Shown here piece by piece: positions 1 through 10,945 of a stretch of DNA of 64,000 nt (its first letter is position 1; each line of letters opens with the position of its first letter). Origin of the DNA: an uncultured delta proteobacterium (lineage in GTDB: Bacteria > Desulfobacterota > Binatia > Binatales > Binataceae). The notes under the pieces were generated by a model. It worked only from the letters and a program-made list of their open reading frames with translations. It was not told the origin of the DNA and searched no databases. The DNA lies in NCBI GenBank assembly GCA_963724765.1, contig CAVRVY010000001.1, forward strand, positions 288,001 through 352,000. The letters run 5' to 3'. The position numbers were made by a program, and so were the translations under genes.

Positions 1-500
1 TATCGTCGCCGCGAGGGCTAGCGCTTCTGGGCTTCTATGTGAGGAAAGCTCCTGGTTCCGGACGCCCGCTCATCTGCGTAAACACGGCCCATCACCCTGT
101 CGCAGTGGCAACCGGCTTTTCTCATGAAATGGGGCATCACGTGACCGCGGATATTTTTGGTTCGCGCAAGGAGCCTGCCCGATTTTTGCTTTACACTGGC
201 TATGCTGAGCATCTAGACGATCCTGTGGAACTCGCCGCCGACATTCTAGTGAGTCTTGGTGTGTTTCCCGCGAAGACCGCTCGAACACTTCTTGGCAAGC
301 CCGAGAAGAGCAAACGGACTAAACGCGGGAGCCAGGAATCTGCTGGGCCATCGTTTGCGAAAGTGCTCAATTATTTCGACGGTCGTTATGACCTCGCCTT
401 CGAAACGCATCTCCCGCCTGGGAAGAAGCTACAGTACCTAGCCGGAGTGCTTCACTATGCTCAATTGCGACGGGCGTTGTTAGACGAATACGGCTTATGA
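1..500 (+). CDS. ImmA/IrrE-family metallo-endopeptidase, 5'-truncated by window edge
   Basis: Frame open from base 3: LGFYVR...PLICVN..HHPVAVATGFSHEMGHH (HExxH) with downstream ELAAD; stop overlaps ATG of the XRE gene. Confidence 0.8.
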   Translation, partial: SSPRGLALLGFYVRKAPGSGRPLICVNTAHHPVAVATGFSHEMGHHVTADIFGSRKEPARFLLYTGYAEHLDDPVELAADILVSLGVFPAKTARTLLGKPEKSKRTKRGSQESAGPSFAKVLNYFDGRYDLAFETHLPPGKKLQYLAGVLHYAQLRRALLDEYGL

Positions 501-931
501 AATCAAAAGAGACGCTGGGGGAGATAATAAAGCGGCGCCGCCAGACACTGGCCCTGACACAGCGTGAGCTGGCAGGTATGTTGGGCGTTAAAGCGAGCCA
601 CGTTGCTTACCTCGAGAGTGGAAGGCGAAGGCCATCGCTCGCACTGCTCAAACATCTTGCTGATGTGCTTGACTTAGATCGGCAACAAATTTTCTTCCTC
701 GCGCATCCTGAGGCAAAATCGCTGTTGACCACACCTAACTCCCCACCCGCGGCGGATCCGGCTAAATCTTGGGAACGATTCATAAGCGACCGTGTTCTGC
801 GAGCGCGACATCACATCACACCTCGCGAGATCCAGGCCCTGAAACACCTGAGTCTGCTAGGGTACGTCCTCACGCAGCGCGAGTTCTTAGCCGTTTTGAG
901 TCTGATCCGACAACCTGAAAACGGTTCTTAG
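497..931 (+). CDS. XRE-family HTH transcriptional regulator
   Basis: LGEIIKRRRQTLALTQRELAGMLGVKASHVAYLESGRRRPS is a classic HTH_3 pattern; ATGA overlap with upstream peptidase. Confidence 0.9.
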   Translation: MKSKETLGEIIKRRRQTLALTQRELAGMLGVKASHVAYLESGRRRPSLALLKHLADVLDLDRQQIFFLAHPEAKSLLTTPNSPPAADPAKSWERFISDRVLRARHHITPREIQALKHLSLLGYVLTQREFLAVLSLIRQPENGS

Positions 932-1029
932 GTTATCTTCTTTCGCGCCTTATTGGAGACGCTCGACGGTTGATCAGGTATGTCATGGCGACGATACTCT
1001 GGGCCCGAGCAGAAGATATGCCAGGTCGG

Positions 1030-1230
1030 GGAAGGCGTACCCGTCTTCGCATTATGTACTTGGCGGCCGTAGTCCGGCTGATCTCGATGCCGAGCTTGAG
1101 AAGCTCGCCGTGAATCCGAGGCGCGCCCCAGAGCGAGTTGGCGCTACCTTTCTCACGAATGAGCTTGCGAACTTCGCCATCAACCGATGGACGTCCGGAC
1201 CTCGAGCGCCAACGCCGAGACTTCGGGGAG
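1030..1230 (-). pseudogene. Integrase-core/IS transposase remnant
   Basis: GRPSVDGEVRKLIRE...NSLWGAPRIHGELLKLGIEISRTTAAKY inside ORF 933..1424; flanks degenerate, no catalytic domain; boundaries approximate. Confidence 0.8.
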
Positions 1231-1424
1231 CATGTTGTTGCACATAGCTTTCCCGTGAAGTGAGCTCTCGGGCTGCTTTCCTCCAGCAGCGACAAGCCAA
1301 TCGTCGGGTCACACCCCGCAATATTTTGCTTTACTCGTCCGCTAGGCCAAGTATCTCTGCCTTGGTCGCTCGGCGGTAGCTTCGTGGTGTCTGCAGCGAG
1401 ACGGGCAGATTCACGGCGCGGCAA

Positions 1425-1620
1425 AGACTGGCGGCGAGCCCGAGCTCCAGCGCAACGTGGTTATTGCGGTGCTGCTAATTGCCGACCTCGATAACGTTCA
1501 CCCGCCGCGAAATGTAGTCCGAGCGGGCCAGCTCCAGCACCAACGTCTTGTTGCGCGAGGGACAGCGAAGTAGCTGTCGAGACTCTTCACGCTGAAAACT
1601 TCCTCTGGCCTGTTTGCTAA
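1425..1620 (-). pseudogene. istB: IS21-family IstB ATPase remnant
   Basis: Across frameshifts: VKSLDS..F...NKTLVLELARSDYISRRVNVIEVGN, eroded Walker A, then HVALELGLAA. Confidence 0.75.
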
Positions 1621-2052
1621 CGTGGGCTGAAGCCACCTGCTCCTCTCTGCACGCGGTCAAAGCGGTTTGTGGCTATCACAATTGAACCTTTCTGCAACAA
1701 CGCATGATAGCCTTTGTTAGGTTATTCTTATTTCTTATTGTTTAATCCTCTCTTCAATCAAACATCTCCAGCGATTTTCGTTTTGCTATAGCAAACTTAT
1801 ACAAGACGCGGAAATCGAGGCGTCTTTTCAAGGCCAACGTTACGGCGCTGCGTTCGCATTGCCCAGCTGGGCGACAGCCGGCTCCTGGGGTTCGACCATC
1901 GCAAGCCCCTCCGCCGCTGTTCCACAGCGCGGAACTGTCTATAAAAAATCGCAGGACAGGCACAGGGTTTTCCGGAAGTCGTCATTAATGTTATATGACA
2001 CTATAGAAGTGTTACGATTGTTGAGTATTGCTCTTGCTAGCATTGAGTTAGC

Positions 2053-2070
2053 AACTGTTAACTAACAGTT
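2053..2070. promoter_or_regulatory. Perfect inverted repeat AACTGTTA-AC-TAACAGTT, candidate operator
   Basis: 8-2-8 palindrome in AT-rich intergenic DNA about 65 bp upstream of ORF 2134. Confidence 0.4.
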
Positions 2071-2133
2071 AGCGGTTTTTCTCCACCGTCTCCTGAGAGA
2101 CCACGAATTCGTTGAGCCCGAAGGGAGGTCAAG

Positions 2134-2355
2134 GTGAACAACGACTTAGTCGATGTTTGTTTGATCGGTGACGCTGCAACCGTGGCCGCGATCTGCGACG
2201 AACTCAGTTCCAGCGGGAGTCTATTGGTTTGCAATGGCTGCCGAGACATCGAGGCGCTGATTACCGGGGTCCTTGTGATCGAACACGATGAGGAGGCATG
2301 GGCGCTATGCGGCGCATGCATACGAAAGCTACCCATCGAAGGAGCTATCGTATGA
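2134..2355 (+). CDS. Small hypothetical protein with two CxxC motifs
   Basis: GGAGG RBS before GTG; CNGC and CGAC motifs. Confidence 0.6.
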   Translation: MNNDLVDVCLIGDAATVAAICDELSSSGSLLVCNGCRDIEALITGVLVIEHDEEAWALCGACIRKLPIEGAIV

Positions 2356-2709
2356 GCGGCGAGAAGCGTGTCGACAATTCCCGGTTGCGCAGGCCCCAGT
2401 CCATTCTTAGACTCTCGCGCGCGGAATTGCGTTGAAAGTACAGAGGGACGGGCGGGAGCAAGGGGGCTCGATGCTGCTGTGGCCTTTAGCATCCAGCCGG
2501 ATTGGCCCGTTCAACTCCTGCCAGAAGGGCCTACCGAAAGCTTAGATTCCTCAACCCAGGTCTCCTTTTGAGTGCGCAACGGTGGGGACGCAGAAGGTGC
2601 GCCAGCGACACTTGTAAATGCGACCACTACAGCTAATAGCGCCGACGAGACTTTTTGTTCTCTTCTCGTCGTGGTCGCTGAGCGACGTCGCGCCGAGTAA
2701 ATCAGAATC

Positions 2710-2919
2710 CTAGTGGTTCATTTCCAGTTTCGATCGCCAGATGTCGATCGTCTCGATGTTGAACCGCCAGTCGCTGCCAATCCGGAAAGCTGGAATCTCT
2801 CGGCGCTTGAGCAGCCGATAAATGGTAGAGGGATGTACGTGCAAATAGCGCGATACTTCCTCCAGCGTCATCACTTTAGCCGGTCGCGTCTCTAATGCAT
2901 CGTCTCTCTTGTCAATCAT
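2710..2919 (-). CDS. Excisionase-like HTH_17 DNA-binding protein
   Basis: VMTLEEVSRYLHVHPSTIYRLLKRREIPAFRIGSDWRF; start chosen at ATG 2919. Confidence 0.85.
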   Translation of the reverse strand: MIDKRDDALETRPAKVMTLEEVSRYLHVHPSTIYRLLKRREIPAFRIGSDWRFNIETIDIWRSKLEMNH

Positions 2920-3576
2920 AACGGTCTGTTGGTCCGCAGTAAATCGAGCGTTGCGTTTGGCACGGGGCGCAACTCCGTCCCGCTGATAGAATTCTCGGAT
3001 ACCTATATACCCTGGATTGCATGGTTCGTCATTGCACCCATCGTATAAGAGCAGATGACAATCAAAAGCAACCCTAGGTTTGCGCCTGCACAACAGGAAG
3101 TTAGCAGAAATCCACTCTTAGTCAAGTGCGTGTACTCGAAGCCAGTATCAGAGTGATCGCGCGCAGCACGATTTCTCCCCCGCTGTCCGAAACGCGAGAC
3201 CTGATAAGGCCTAGCATCCGTACTTGCCTTTTTTCCCAACCCGGAGCATCGAGGACGCCTATAAGGCTAGGATCGATGAGGCGTGCGACATAACGAAGCG
3301 CCTTCGCGTGGAGATGGGCGCGTAAACAGAGAACCGTGGGAGCGGAAAATAGGCAAGACGTTCACGCGGGCCGAGCGCGCCGATTGGAGGGAAATCGATT
3401 ACAGAACTCCGAGTCCCTCGTCTTGAAACTGTGCTCCGCAAGGTGCGCGCGTTCGCGACCGCGTCCGCGAGCACTGACTATGGGGATTTGCTCCAGCGCA
3501 TCCGAGGCGAGGATGCCGGCATTGCCGACGCCTGGTTGTTCGTTCCAAGCCGTTCAGCGAGTGCTCCTCGTGTCGC

Positions 3577-5085
3577 TTAGCGGTGTACCTGCTCCAGGTT
3601 GGAGGGGTCGAACAACTTGGTGGCCCGACCCATCACGACATCGGGGGATCCGCGGCCAAAGGTGAGGAAAAGCGTGGAGCGATGGTTTTGCACGTCGATC
3701 GTCTGACCGCCTTGGATGATGGTTACGTGTGTGCCGCGGTTAATATTGCTCCACGGCGTAAGGTCCTCGCTCCAGTTCGACACGTAGACGAGCACTCGCC
3801 ACAGCTTGGCGTGATGATCGAAAGCCAGCTCCATCCACGGCGTCCAGTTCTCGGCGTCCCAAAACATAATGACATCGCCATAAGGGTTGGCGGGATTATT
3901 GGGAGTGCGCTCCACTACGGCGAAGCGCCGCAGCGACCAGACATCGTCGGGAACGTTGCCGTTGGGACCGTAAGTGTGCATGTCGGTATGCGCCGAATCC
4001 ATGACGGAGACCATGTCTCTCCAACCCAGGAACTTCCAATTCCAGTCCAGCACATGACCCGAAAAACTGTAGAAGTCGTTCAAGGTCTCGTCGGTGCCCA
4101 TGAAAGAATCGGACTTCTCTTCGGCCGAGAAGCGCCGTACCCGTCGAGTGGTGGGATCATAGATCCAGCTATCGTCGGCATGATGAAAATCGGCGTAACG
4201 ATACGTGATGAAGACCTGGCCTCGCAGATCGTAAGGAGTTATGAAGCCGCTGAACTCCTTCCAGAAAAATGCCTTGGCGTTGGGGATGTCGAGCACCCCA
4301 CCTTTATCCGCGGCCTGGGCCAGATGGGTGAAATAGAGCCGCTGATATAAAGAGCTGAACGTGCGTCGCACCGTGCCGCCGCCCTGGACATACGGACCTA
4401 CGTTGGGAGGAAGCTTGGTTTGCAGATGGATTCCGGAGAGCCATTGCTCCGGCGGCATCTGCAGGGCGGAGTCTGTCGTCAGATCATGGGTCCCGCCAAA
4501 ATACAGCGGCACGTATACGGTGGAGGCGTCGAACTCGCCATAGTTCTGCCAGCGTAACTCGAAGTTCCAGGCTGCCTTGAGGCCGGAGGCCGGGTCGGAA
4601 GGATTCAGCGTAGCATTGGAGAATGGCTGCCCGCAGATGTGATTGGTCAAGGTGCCGTCCGGAGCGAGTCGCACCTGGGCTTGGTATCGCTCCGCGCAAT
4701 TCATGTAATCCTGGCGCGGCTGATGACTGCGGACCGCCACGATCTTCATCTTGAAGGAAGGAAAGTTCAGTTGCTCCAGGTAGCCCGGGGGCACGAATGG
4801 CCGTAAGCGTTCGAGATCCGCCGCGCTTAGCACGTCGCCCGCCTTGAAGTCCGGCGGTGCGGCAGGGCGAGCATCGAGCCACTTGCCGACGTCGGCTCGA
4901 CTGATGTCCTGCGCTTGCGCGCTGGCCGCGGGCCAACACAGCACCAGGCTCGATACGAGGAGCAAGGCGAGCCGCCAACCGACCCTGGAGGAATCCCCTG
5001 ATGCAGCCCTCGCGGCTCCTCGTGTACGCTCGGACTCAGCAAAGAAAGCCATTCCGCGGTAACCTCCATCATCAGAGGCAGGCAA
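3577..5085 (-). CDS. DUF1329-family exported protein
   Basis: Signal peptide; GQPF...DPASGLKAAWNF, DDSWIYDP..RRVRR, DSFMGTD, WNWKFLG motifs. Confidence 0.8.
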   Translation of the reverse strand: MPASDDGGYRGMAFFAESERTRGAARAASGDSSRVGWRLALLLVSSLVLCWPAASAQAQDISRADVGKWLDARPAAPPDFKAGDVLSAADLERLRPFVPPGYLEQLNFPSFKMKIVAVRSHQPRQDYMNCAERYQAQVRLAPDGTLTNHICGQPFSNATLNPSDPASGLKAAWNFELRWQNYGEFDASTVYVPLYFGGTHDLTTDSALQMPPEQWLSGIHLQTKLPPNVGPYVQGGGTVRRTFSSLYQRLYFTHLAQAADKGGVLDIPNAKAFFWKEFSGFITPYDLRGQVFITYRYADFHHADDSWIYDPTTRRVRRFSAEEKSDSFMGTDETLNDFYSFSGHVLDWNWKFLGWRDMVSVMDSAHTDMHTYGPNGNVPDDVWSLRRFAVVERTPNNPANPYGDVIMFWDAENWTPWMELAFDHHAKLWRVLVYVSNWSEDLTPWSNINRGTHVTIIQGGQTIDVQNHRSTLFLTFGRGSPDVVMGRATKLFDPSNLEQVHR

Positions 5086-5399
5086 TTACTTCGCCGGCCC
5101 TTGGCGCGCGACAGTTTGTGTCCATCACTTCCGCCCGCGTGTTCAAAGATCCGTCCTGCGAACGCTGCCGTGGTTCAAGGCCCGCGAACGTCGTGGCAGG
5201 GTTGAGGCGGGAGTGCCGTACCTTGCGTTCGGGATTGAAGCAGAGCTGTACTAAATCTTCAAATGAAGACGTGCTTGGTTCCATAACAAAACAGGCGAGT
5301 GCGATCGCATCAGCTCTCGACGCCCGATCGCATACTCTGCATCCGGTTGGCCCGGGAGAAATCGCGACCCGAGCGGCGGCTAGCCGGGCCCAACGCAGC

Positions 5400-5676
5400 G
5401 ATGCTCACCCATTCCTACCGGGATGGCTTATGTCGCAGAAGCCTACCAGGTCAGTCTCGCCAACGAATTTGCTGTCAACGAGACCACGATTTCCAACTTC
5501 GACTGCACACGGCTCCGGAGATCGTGAAGCTTGTGCGCGCGGCAGGTTTCCGCGTCCATCGAGTCGATGCTGATTTTATGGAGAACCAGTCCGTCACTGC
5601 GGACACACGATTCGCGCAGGTCCTGGCAACCCCGATGCCCCATCCGCCGGCGTCGCTTTCGGTGTCTCTTGTTTGA
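5400..5676 (+). pseudogene. Possible C-terminal remnant of a class I SAM methyltransferase
   Basis: RLHTAPEIVKLVRAAGFRVHRVDADF...TRFAQVLAT resembles methyltransferase C-termini; no N-terminal SAM motif. Confidence 0.3.
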
Positions 5677-5960
5677 GTCCGAGGATTGGGGCATCTCGAC
5701 TCGGAAGTTGTTAGTCGAGGAATTGAAAGATGTCAGCTTCGGAGGTTGTTCTTTGTAGAACAGGATCGCGCGATAGGACTGGCGAGCGCTAAACAAGGAG
5801 TCATCGATCTGGTTGCCATGAATTCGTTTAAGTTGAAGAAGACAAAACGTTTCGTAGCGATGAGAAAAGTAGTGAATGTTTTCTGGCTGCCTATCTCTCT
5901 ATAGACTCCTCGAAAGCAAACCGGGGATGGGAACGAAAACGCGCTGACGTTGCTACCCCG

Positions 5961-5994
5961 GACGCCTGGTATCAGAGGACGCCTGGTATCAGAG
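5961..5994 (+). repeat. Perfect 17-bp tandem duplication GACGCCTGGTATCAGAG x2
   Basis: Read directly; about 90 bp upstream of the sulfatase ATG. Confidence 0.9.
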
Positions 5995-6084
5995 CCGGTG
6001 CGGTTCCAAATCGCGCACTCAAAGCATCTAAAGGAAATTGTTCGCTCGCCCGTAAGGCAACAGCAGACCAAAGGAATCGGAACG

Positions 6085-7838
6085 ATGGCAAAAACGCCGA
6101 GGACCAGTGCACTCGAGGGTGGCCCCGTCCCGTCCGGCACTCCGAACAGTGAGCAAACGCCAGACCCGAACGGCGCTGGTTCGGTCAATTCGATCTCGCG
6201 TCGTCAGTTGCTGCAGATGGGAACCGGTCTCGCCGTGGCGATCTATGCTGGATCGCAGAACGCAGCAGTTTTGGCTGCAAGCGCTCCGAGTGATACAGCC
6301 ACGCCCGCAAGATTGCCTGAATCGTCCAGGACGCCGAAGGCGCCGAACATTATTGTGCTGATGACCGATCAGGAGCGTCATCACATGCATTGGCCCCCCA
6401 CGTGGACCGCGAAGAATTTGCCGTCGCTGCAACGGCTCAAGCGCAATGGACTATATTTCAAGCGCGCCTATACGGCAGCAACACAGTGTTCACCTTCCCG
6501 CGCGCTGATGCTGAGCGGCCATTTCGCGCCAATGAATCGCGTGAGCCAGACTTTCATATGGCCAGGGCTGCAAGAAAAGAAACGTCTCGCAAACATCGCC
6601 TCCCTACTCAAGGAAAAGGCTGGTTACGAGGTGGTCTGGAAGGGCAAGTGGCATCTGAGCTTTGCGGCCAATGCCGCCCCCGGTAATGGCGGCAAAGATT
6701 GGCGCCCGGCAGACATCAAGGTTATGGAGGAACGGTATGGCTGGTCCGGGTGGAATCCACCAGATGCCGGCGATTCGATGACGCGCTGGGTGAAAGACGA
6801 GTTCGGCACGTATGACGGCCTGGCAGCGCTCGGTGGTGGCGACCCGAACAATGACGGGCGCTATGTTAACGGTGTTGACGCTTCCGACCGAGGCCAGACG
6901 GCCGGCGTCGGCGGTGAAAGCACCGTCGAGTTTCTGAAGAATCGGGCGCCCAAATTGAGCAGCCCGTTTTGCTTGTTTGTGTCGTTGGTCAATCCCCACG
7001 ACGTTGGGGTCTTTCCAGGTGGCTGGCAGCTGGCCGGATATCAGCGCAAAGCTTTCGCTAATATGGGTATCGAGCTGCCGCCCAACTACGCCGACGATCT
7101 TTCGCGAAAGCCCAAGGTTCAGAAAGCGGCGCGCGACAGCTACGACAAGTCCGCACCGCTGAATAGCCAACAGTTATTAAATGAGTACGTTAATTTTTAC
7201 GCCTATCTTCACACCGTAGTCGACAAACACATCGCCACCGTGCTCGATACGCTTGAGGAAACCGGGATGATGGACAATACCATCATTCTTCGACTGGCCG
7301 ATCATGGCGAAGGCGGCTTGTCGCACGGCATGCGCGAGAAAGCCTACACAGTTTACGAGGAGATGATTCACATCCCCTTGATCGTCCACAACCCGAAACT
7401 TTACCCGGAGCCGCGCGAGACCGAAGCTTTATATAATCACCTCGATCTCTTACCCACAATTTTAGATCTGGCCGGTATTGCCAACCCAAACTCCTTTGCG
7501 ATTGGCAAGAGCATGGTGCCGGTCATAAAAGCTCCGGCAACGCAGTGCAGGATCACTTACTTTTCTCCTTTGACGACCGCTTTTATCTCCCTTCCGACTT
7601 CCCGGGCGGTCACTTACGGGCGATCGTGGAGGACGACTGGACCTACGCGGTCTATTTCGGCCTGGATGGGAGTGGACTCGACTATGAGCTCTACAACAGA
7701 AAGACCGATCCAGGGCAACTCGACAACCTGCTCTTCGACACGCCCGCTCCCGATCTGAAAACAGAATGGACGCGACTGCATCGAATCCTGACGAATCGGT
7801 TAGTCGAGACCAGCAATTTGCCGAGCACATTCGTTTGA
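6085..7838 (+). CDS. Tat-exported sulfatase-like hydrolase, frameshifted near 7543
   Basis: SRRQLLQ Tat motif, PNIIVLMTDQER, CSPSRA, GKWHL, ADHGE; C-terminus (VQDHLLFSFDD...ELYNRKTDPGQLDNL) continues in another frame, ORF 7545..7838. Confidence 0.85.
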
Positions 7839-7903
7839 CCGTTTGAACCACTGATGCCTCCTGATCGCTCGTAAAAAAAACCGCCCAAATTGCGGACATT
7901 AAA

Positions 7904-8923
7904 ATGATGAACTCAAATGACGATGCTGGACGGAAGATCGATGTGCACGCACATTACCTGCCGCCCGGCTACGCTGATGAGCTTCGCAAGGCCGGCCTGA
8001 CGCATCCCGATGGTATGCCTGACTATCCTCAATGGAGCCCACAGCTCGCATTGCAGAAGTACGACGAATTCGGCATCGAGACTGCGATGCTTTCCATCTC
8101 GTCGCCCGGTGTCCACTACGGTGATGACGCGGCGGCGCGACGCCTTGCACGGGAGGTCAACGAGGCGGGAGCCGAATAAGTGATCAAATATCCGAGGCGC
8201 TTCGGCTTGTTCGCGGCTCTGCCGATGCCCGACGTGGGCGGCTCAATGGAGGAAATCGCTTATGCTCTGGACGTTCTTCACGCCGACGGTATCGGTCTGA
8301 AGACGAACGCTCATGGCATCTATCTAGGTGATCCGCGGTTTGATCCGATCTTCCAGGAACTTAATCGGCGCAAGACAGTGATATTCGTCCATCCCACCTC
8401 ACCATCGTGCTGGCAGGCTTGCGCGCTCGGTTATCCCCGGCCTTTGATCGAGTTTCCGTTCGATACCGCTCGCGCGGTAACCAGCCTGATCTTTACTGGG
8501 ACAATGGAACGATGCCCGGACTTGCGCATTATCGTTTCGCATAATGGGGGTGTAGTCCCGTTTCTAGCCGACCGGATCACGAAGCTGGACAATCTGCTGA
8601 AACTGAGCCAGCCAGGCGGGAAGGACGCAATTTCATATATGCGTCGTCTGTACTACGACACGGCGATGGCGGGCTCGAAACACAGTCTTTCCTCGCTAGT
8701 TCAGTTAACTGATGTTTCGCACATCCTCTATGGCAGCGATTGGCCGTGGTACCCGCAAGCGCAGGTGCAGAAAACCAATCAAGAGTTGGAGGGCAGCGCT
8801 TTTTTTTCCGACCAGCAACAACGTGCGATCTATCGAGAAAATGCACGCGACCTTCTGCCTGCGGTAATCTCGCGCTCGGCTGCGACACACTCTCCACGAA
8901 GTCGTGCGAAAGACCAGGGGTAA
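7904..8923 (+). pseudogene. Amidohydrolase_2-family protein with in-frame TAA at 8177-8179
   Basis: IDVHAH, FVHP, SHNGG, YYDTA, LYGSDWP motifs; ORFs 7904..8179 and 8180..8923 are contiguous in one frame. Confidence 0.85.
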
Positions 8924-9219
8924 AATGGTTTCCTACTCGGTTCCGTTGCTGGCCACAGCAACCCTCTTAGTGACGCCGGATGGGCGCTATCTTTTGTGTT
9001 CTAGATGAAAGAGGGCTTCTACATGATCGTGAACGGCGAAGAGGCCGGCGCCAGCAGCGTTCGGTTCTGGATTTTCCGCCGCGCGCCAAAACGCTGAACG
9101 GCAAGGAGCATCTGTGAATCCGAGCCATTCCCCAGCCACACGCCTGGAAAGCGGCGGCGGGATACCTATCTCTATTCGGCGATTGGCTCTATGACGATCT
9201 GGAGGACGCGGCATGCACC

Positions 9220-10110
9220 CTAGTTCTTGTTGTTCCGCGGGCGCTCCTTCGATCGCGGCCGGGGACGGGCCACGCCCGGAGCCGGCGGCGTGCTGATCGC
9301 GGCTGGCGCGCCCGGTGTCGCGAACGAAAGGTCGCTCCACGACTGCTCTGTCTTGATGAACGCATCGGGAGTAACACTCACTTTGCCGCGGAACGGCCAG
9401 TCGAGAGCGATGATCAGCACGACGATCAGCGCCAGCGAAGTCGAAACCGCCGTTGTGGTTATGACGTGCATACGGAAGTTGTGAAATCCGAAGAGATAGG
9501 TGTAGCCGGTCGTGATCGCCCCGCCGATGAAGATGACCCACCAGATCACTTCCGGGATGTGCCCCTGCACGGCTGAAATCCGGCTGCTCCGCGCGCTGTA
9601 GAGCATGTTCAGAGTCTTGAGCAGCTCAGCCTCGATAACGCCCTCGCCAAGATTGGAAGGATGCATCGTGACGATCGCGCTGTGAATCCTGCGAAGCGGT
9701 TCCCATCCCTTGTTGGGTATCTTTCCCGTTTGCTGTACCGGCCATTCCTGGTCAATGACGGTATTCGTATACTGCCGGATATCGGAGCGTATCTCCTGGC
9801 CCATTGCTGCCGGCAGTCCCTGCGTGTCGCGGTAGATACTGCCGACGCAATCCGCCTCGCTGTCCACGATAGCTTCGGACTGTGAGAAGGATTCCCACGT
9901 AGCAATGGCGATGAAGGCGAGCAGGACCGCGTAGGTGACGCTGATGACCGCGACCGTGAAGCCGGTTAGCTCATTGTGAGCGCGCCGCACTTCGATGTGC
10001 AGCAGGCGATGAAATACGACGAGCCCGATGCATGCGGCTGCGTCCAGCGCGATTACCACGACCGTTCCCCATAACCAAGTCGGTGTGCTGTAGATCCAAT
10101 CGAGTATCAC
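9220..10110 (-). CDS. DUF4239-type membrane protein
   Basis: HNELTGF..AVISVTYAVLLAFIAIATWE and LDWPFRG motifs; GTG start with GGAG RBS. Confidence 0.75.
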   Translation of the reverse strand: MILDWIYSTPTWLWGTVVVIALDAAACIGLVVFHRLLHIEVRRAHNELTGFTVAVISVTYAVLLAFIAIATWESFSQSEAIVDSEADCVGSIYRDTQGLPAAMGQEIRSDIRQYTNTVIDQEWPVQQTGKIPNKGWEPLRRIHSAIVTMHPSNLGEGVIEAELLKTLNMLYSARSSRISAVQGHIPEVIWWVIFIGGAITTGYTYLFGFHNFRMHVITTTAVSTSLALIVVLIIALDWPFRGKVSVTPDAFIKTEQSWSDLSFATPGAPAAISTPPAPGVARPRPRSKERPRNNKN

Positions 10111-10832
10111 GCCCGCTCCATCGCAATTCGTGTTTACCTCAATAGCTTCCGCGCTTCGGCTATATCGATCCGCCCTCTTTCGCCTGGGCTCCTGAGCGGG
10201 CAATCGGCACCTACTTTATCTCTTTGCGATTGCACGGGGCCGTGTTCGCGCGGGCGCTGTATGCGGGGCGGTTTTCGAACGCCCAAGATAGAAAGCTGCG
10301 TTCGAGACTTGTTCGCCACTGAGCAATGGCTCGACGATTTTAGCTCTGGGGACTGCCGCCACCAAGTTTCCGGATTGTGTCTTTGCGGGCTGGTTGTTTA
10401 GGTATGCGTGCATATCGAGGGCTTGGGCGCATCGGACGGGCGCGAAGTCGATGGCGCCCGGAGCCGCCTCGCGCCTCTTTCGAGACATAAAACGTCGTTC
10501 TCCAATTGAGCGCGTCAGCCAACCTGCCAACCACTGCCCGTCAACTGCCGCTTGTCAACCGCCGCTAGGATGTCAACCGGGAGCCGCGGCGCGCGGCGCC
10601 GCGCTTGGATCGGTAGGCGGGCGCGATAACGCGCAACGCAGGCACTGGCGCCCCCCGGAGCGGCGATGGGCGGGCTCGCCGGCGGAATGCGCCGGCGCAA
10701 TCAAAAGCTCCACCAGGGTCAGCAGCAACAGGTCAACCCTCAAGCAGCGGCCAATTCACAGCAAAGCCAATGCAACGTCTAGCATCGGGCGATGGCGGCG
10801 TGCCTCACCGGACGCGGTTACACGGTCAACTG

Positions 10833-10850
10833 ATAGGACCAAGGTCCGAT
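10833..10850. promoter_or_regulatory. Island motif copy 1: ATAGGAC-CAAG-GTCCGAT
   Basis: Imperfect palindrome upstream of the DUF3313 gene; resembles four other sites. Confidence 0.65.
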
Positions 10851-10945
10851 TGGCGAAGCGCATATCTGTCGGATGATATGGCAACGTTCACGCGGTCACC
10901 GAACATCTGCAACCTGACTATCCACGAAGAATGGGGGAGTTAGCG

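Noticed and set aside
2958-2975. TGGCACG as a sigma-54 promoter (also at about 12800)
   Set aside because: No GC at the -12 position.
3259-3560. Short ORFs between the HTH and DUF1329 genes
   Set aside because: No RBS or recognisable motif; possibly an unidentifiable remnant.
7873-7895. Minus-strand intrinsic terminator
   Set aside because: Only a 4-bp stem, and no minus-strand gene ends there.
8177-8179. Programmed stop readthrough (Sec/Pyl)
   Set aside because: The codon is TAA at a non-catalytic position; mutation or sequencing error is simpler.
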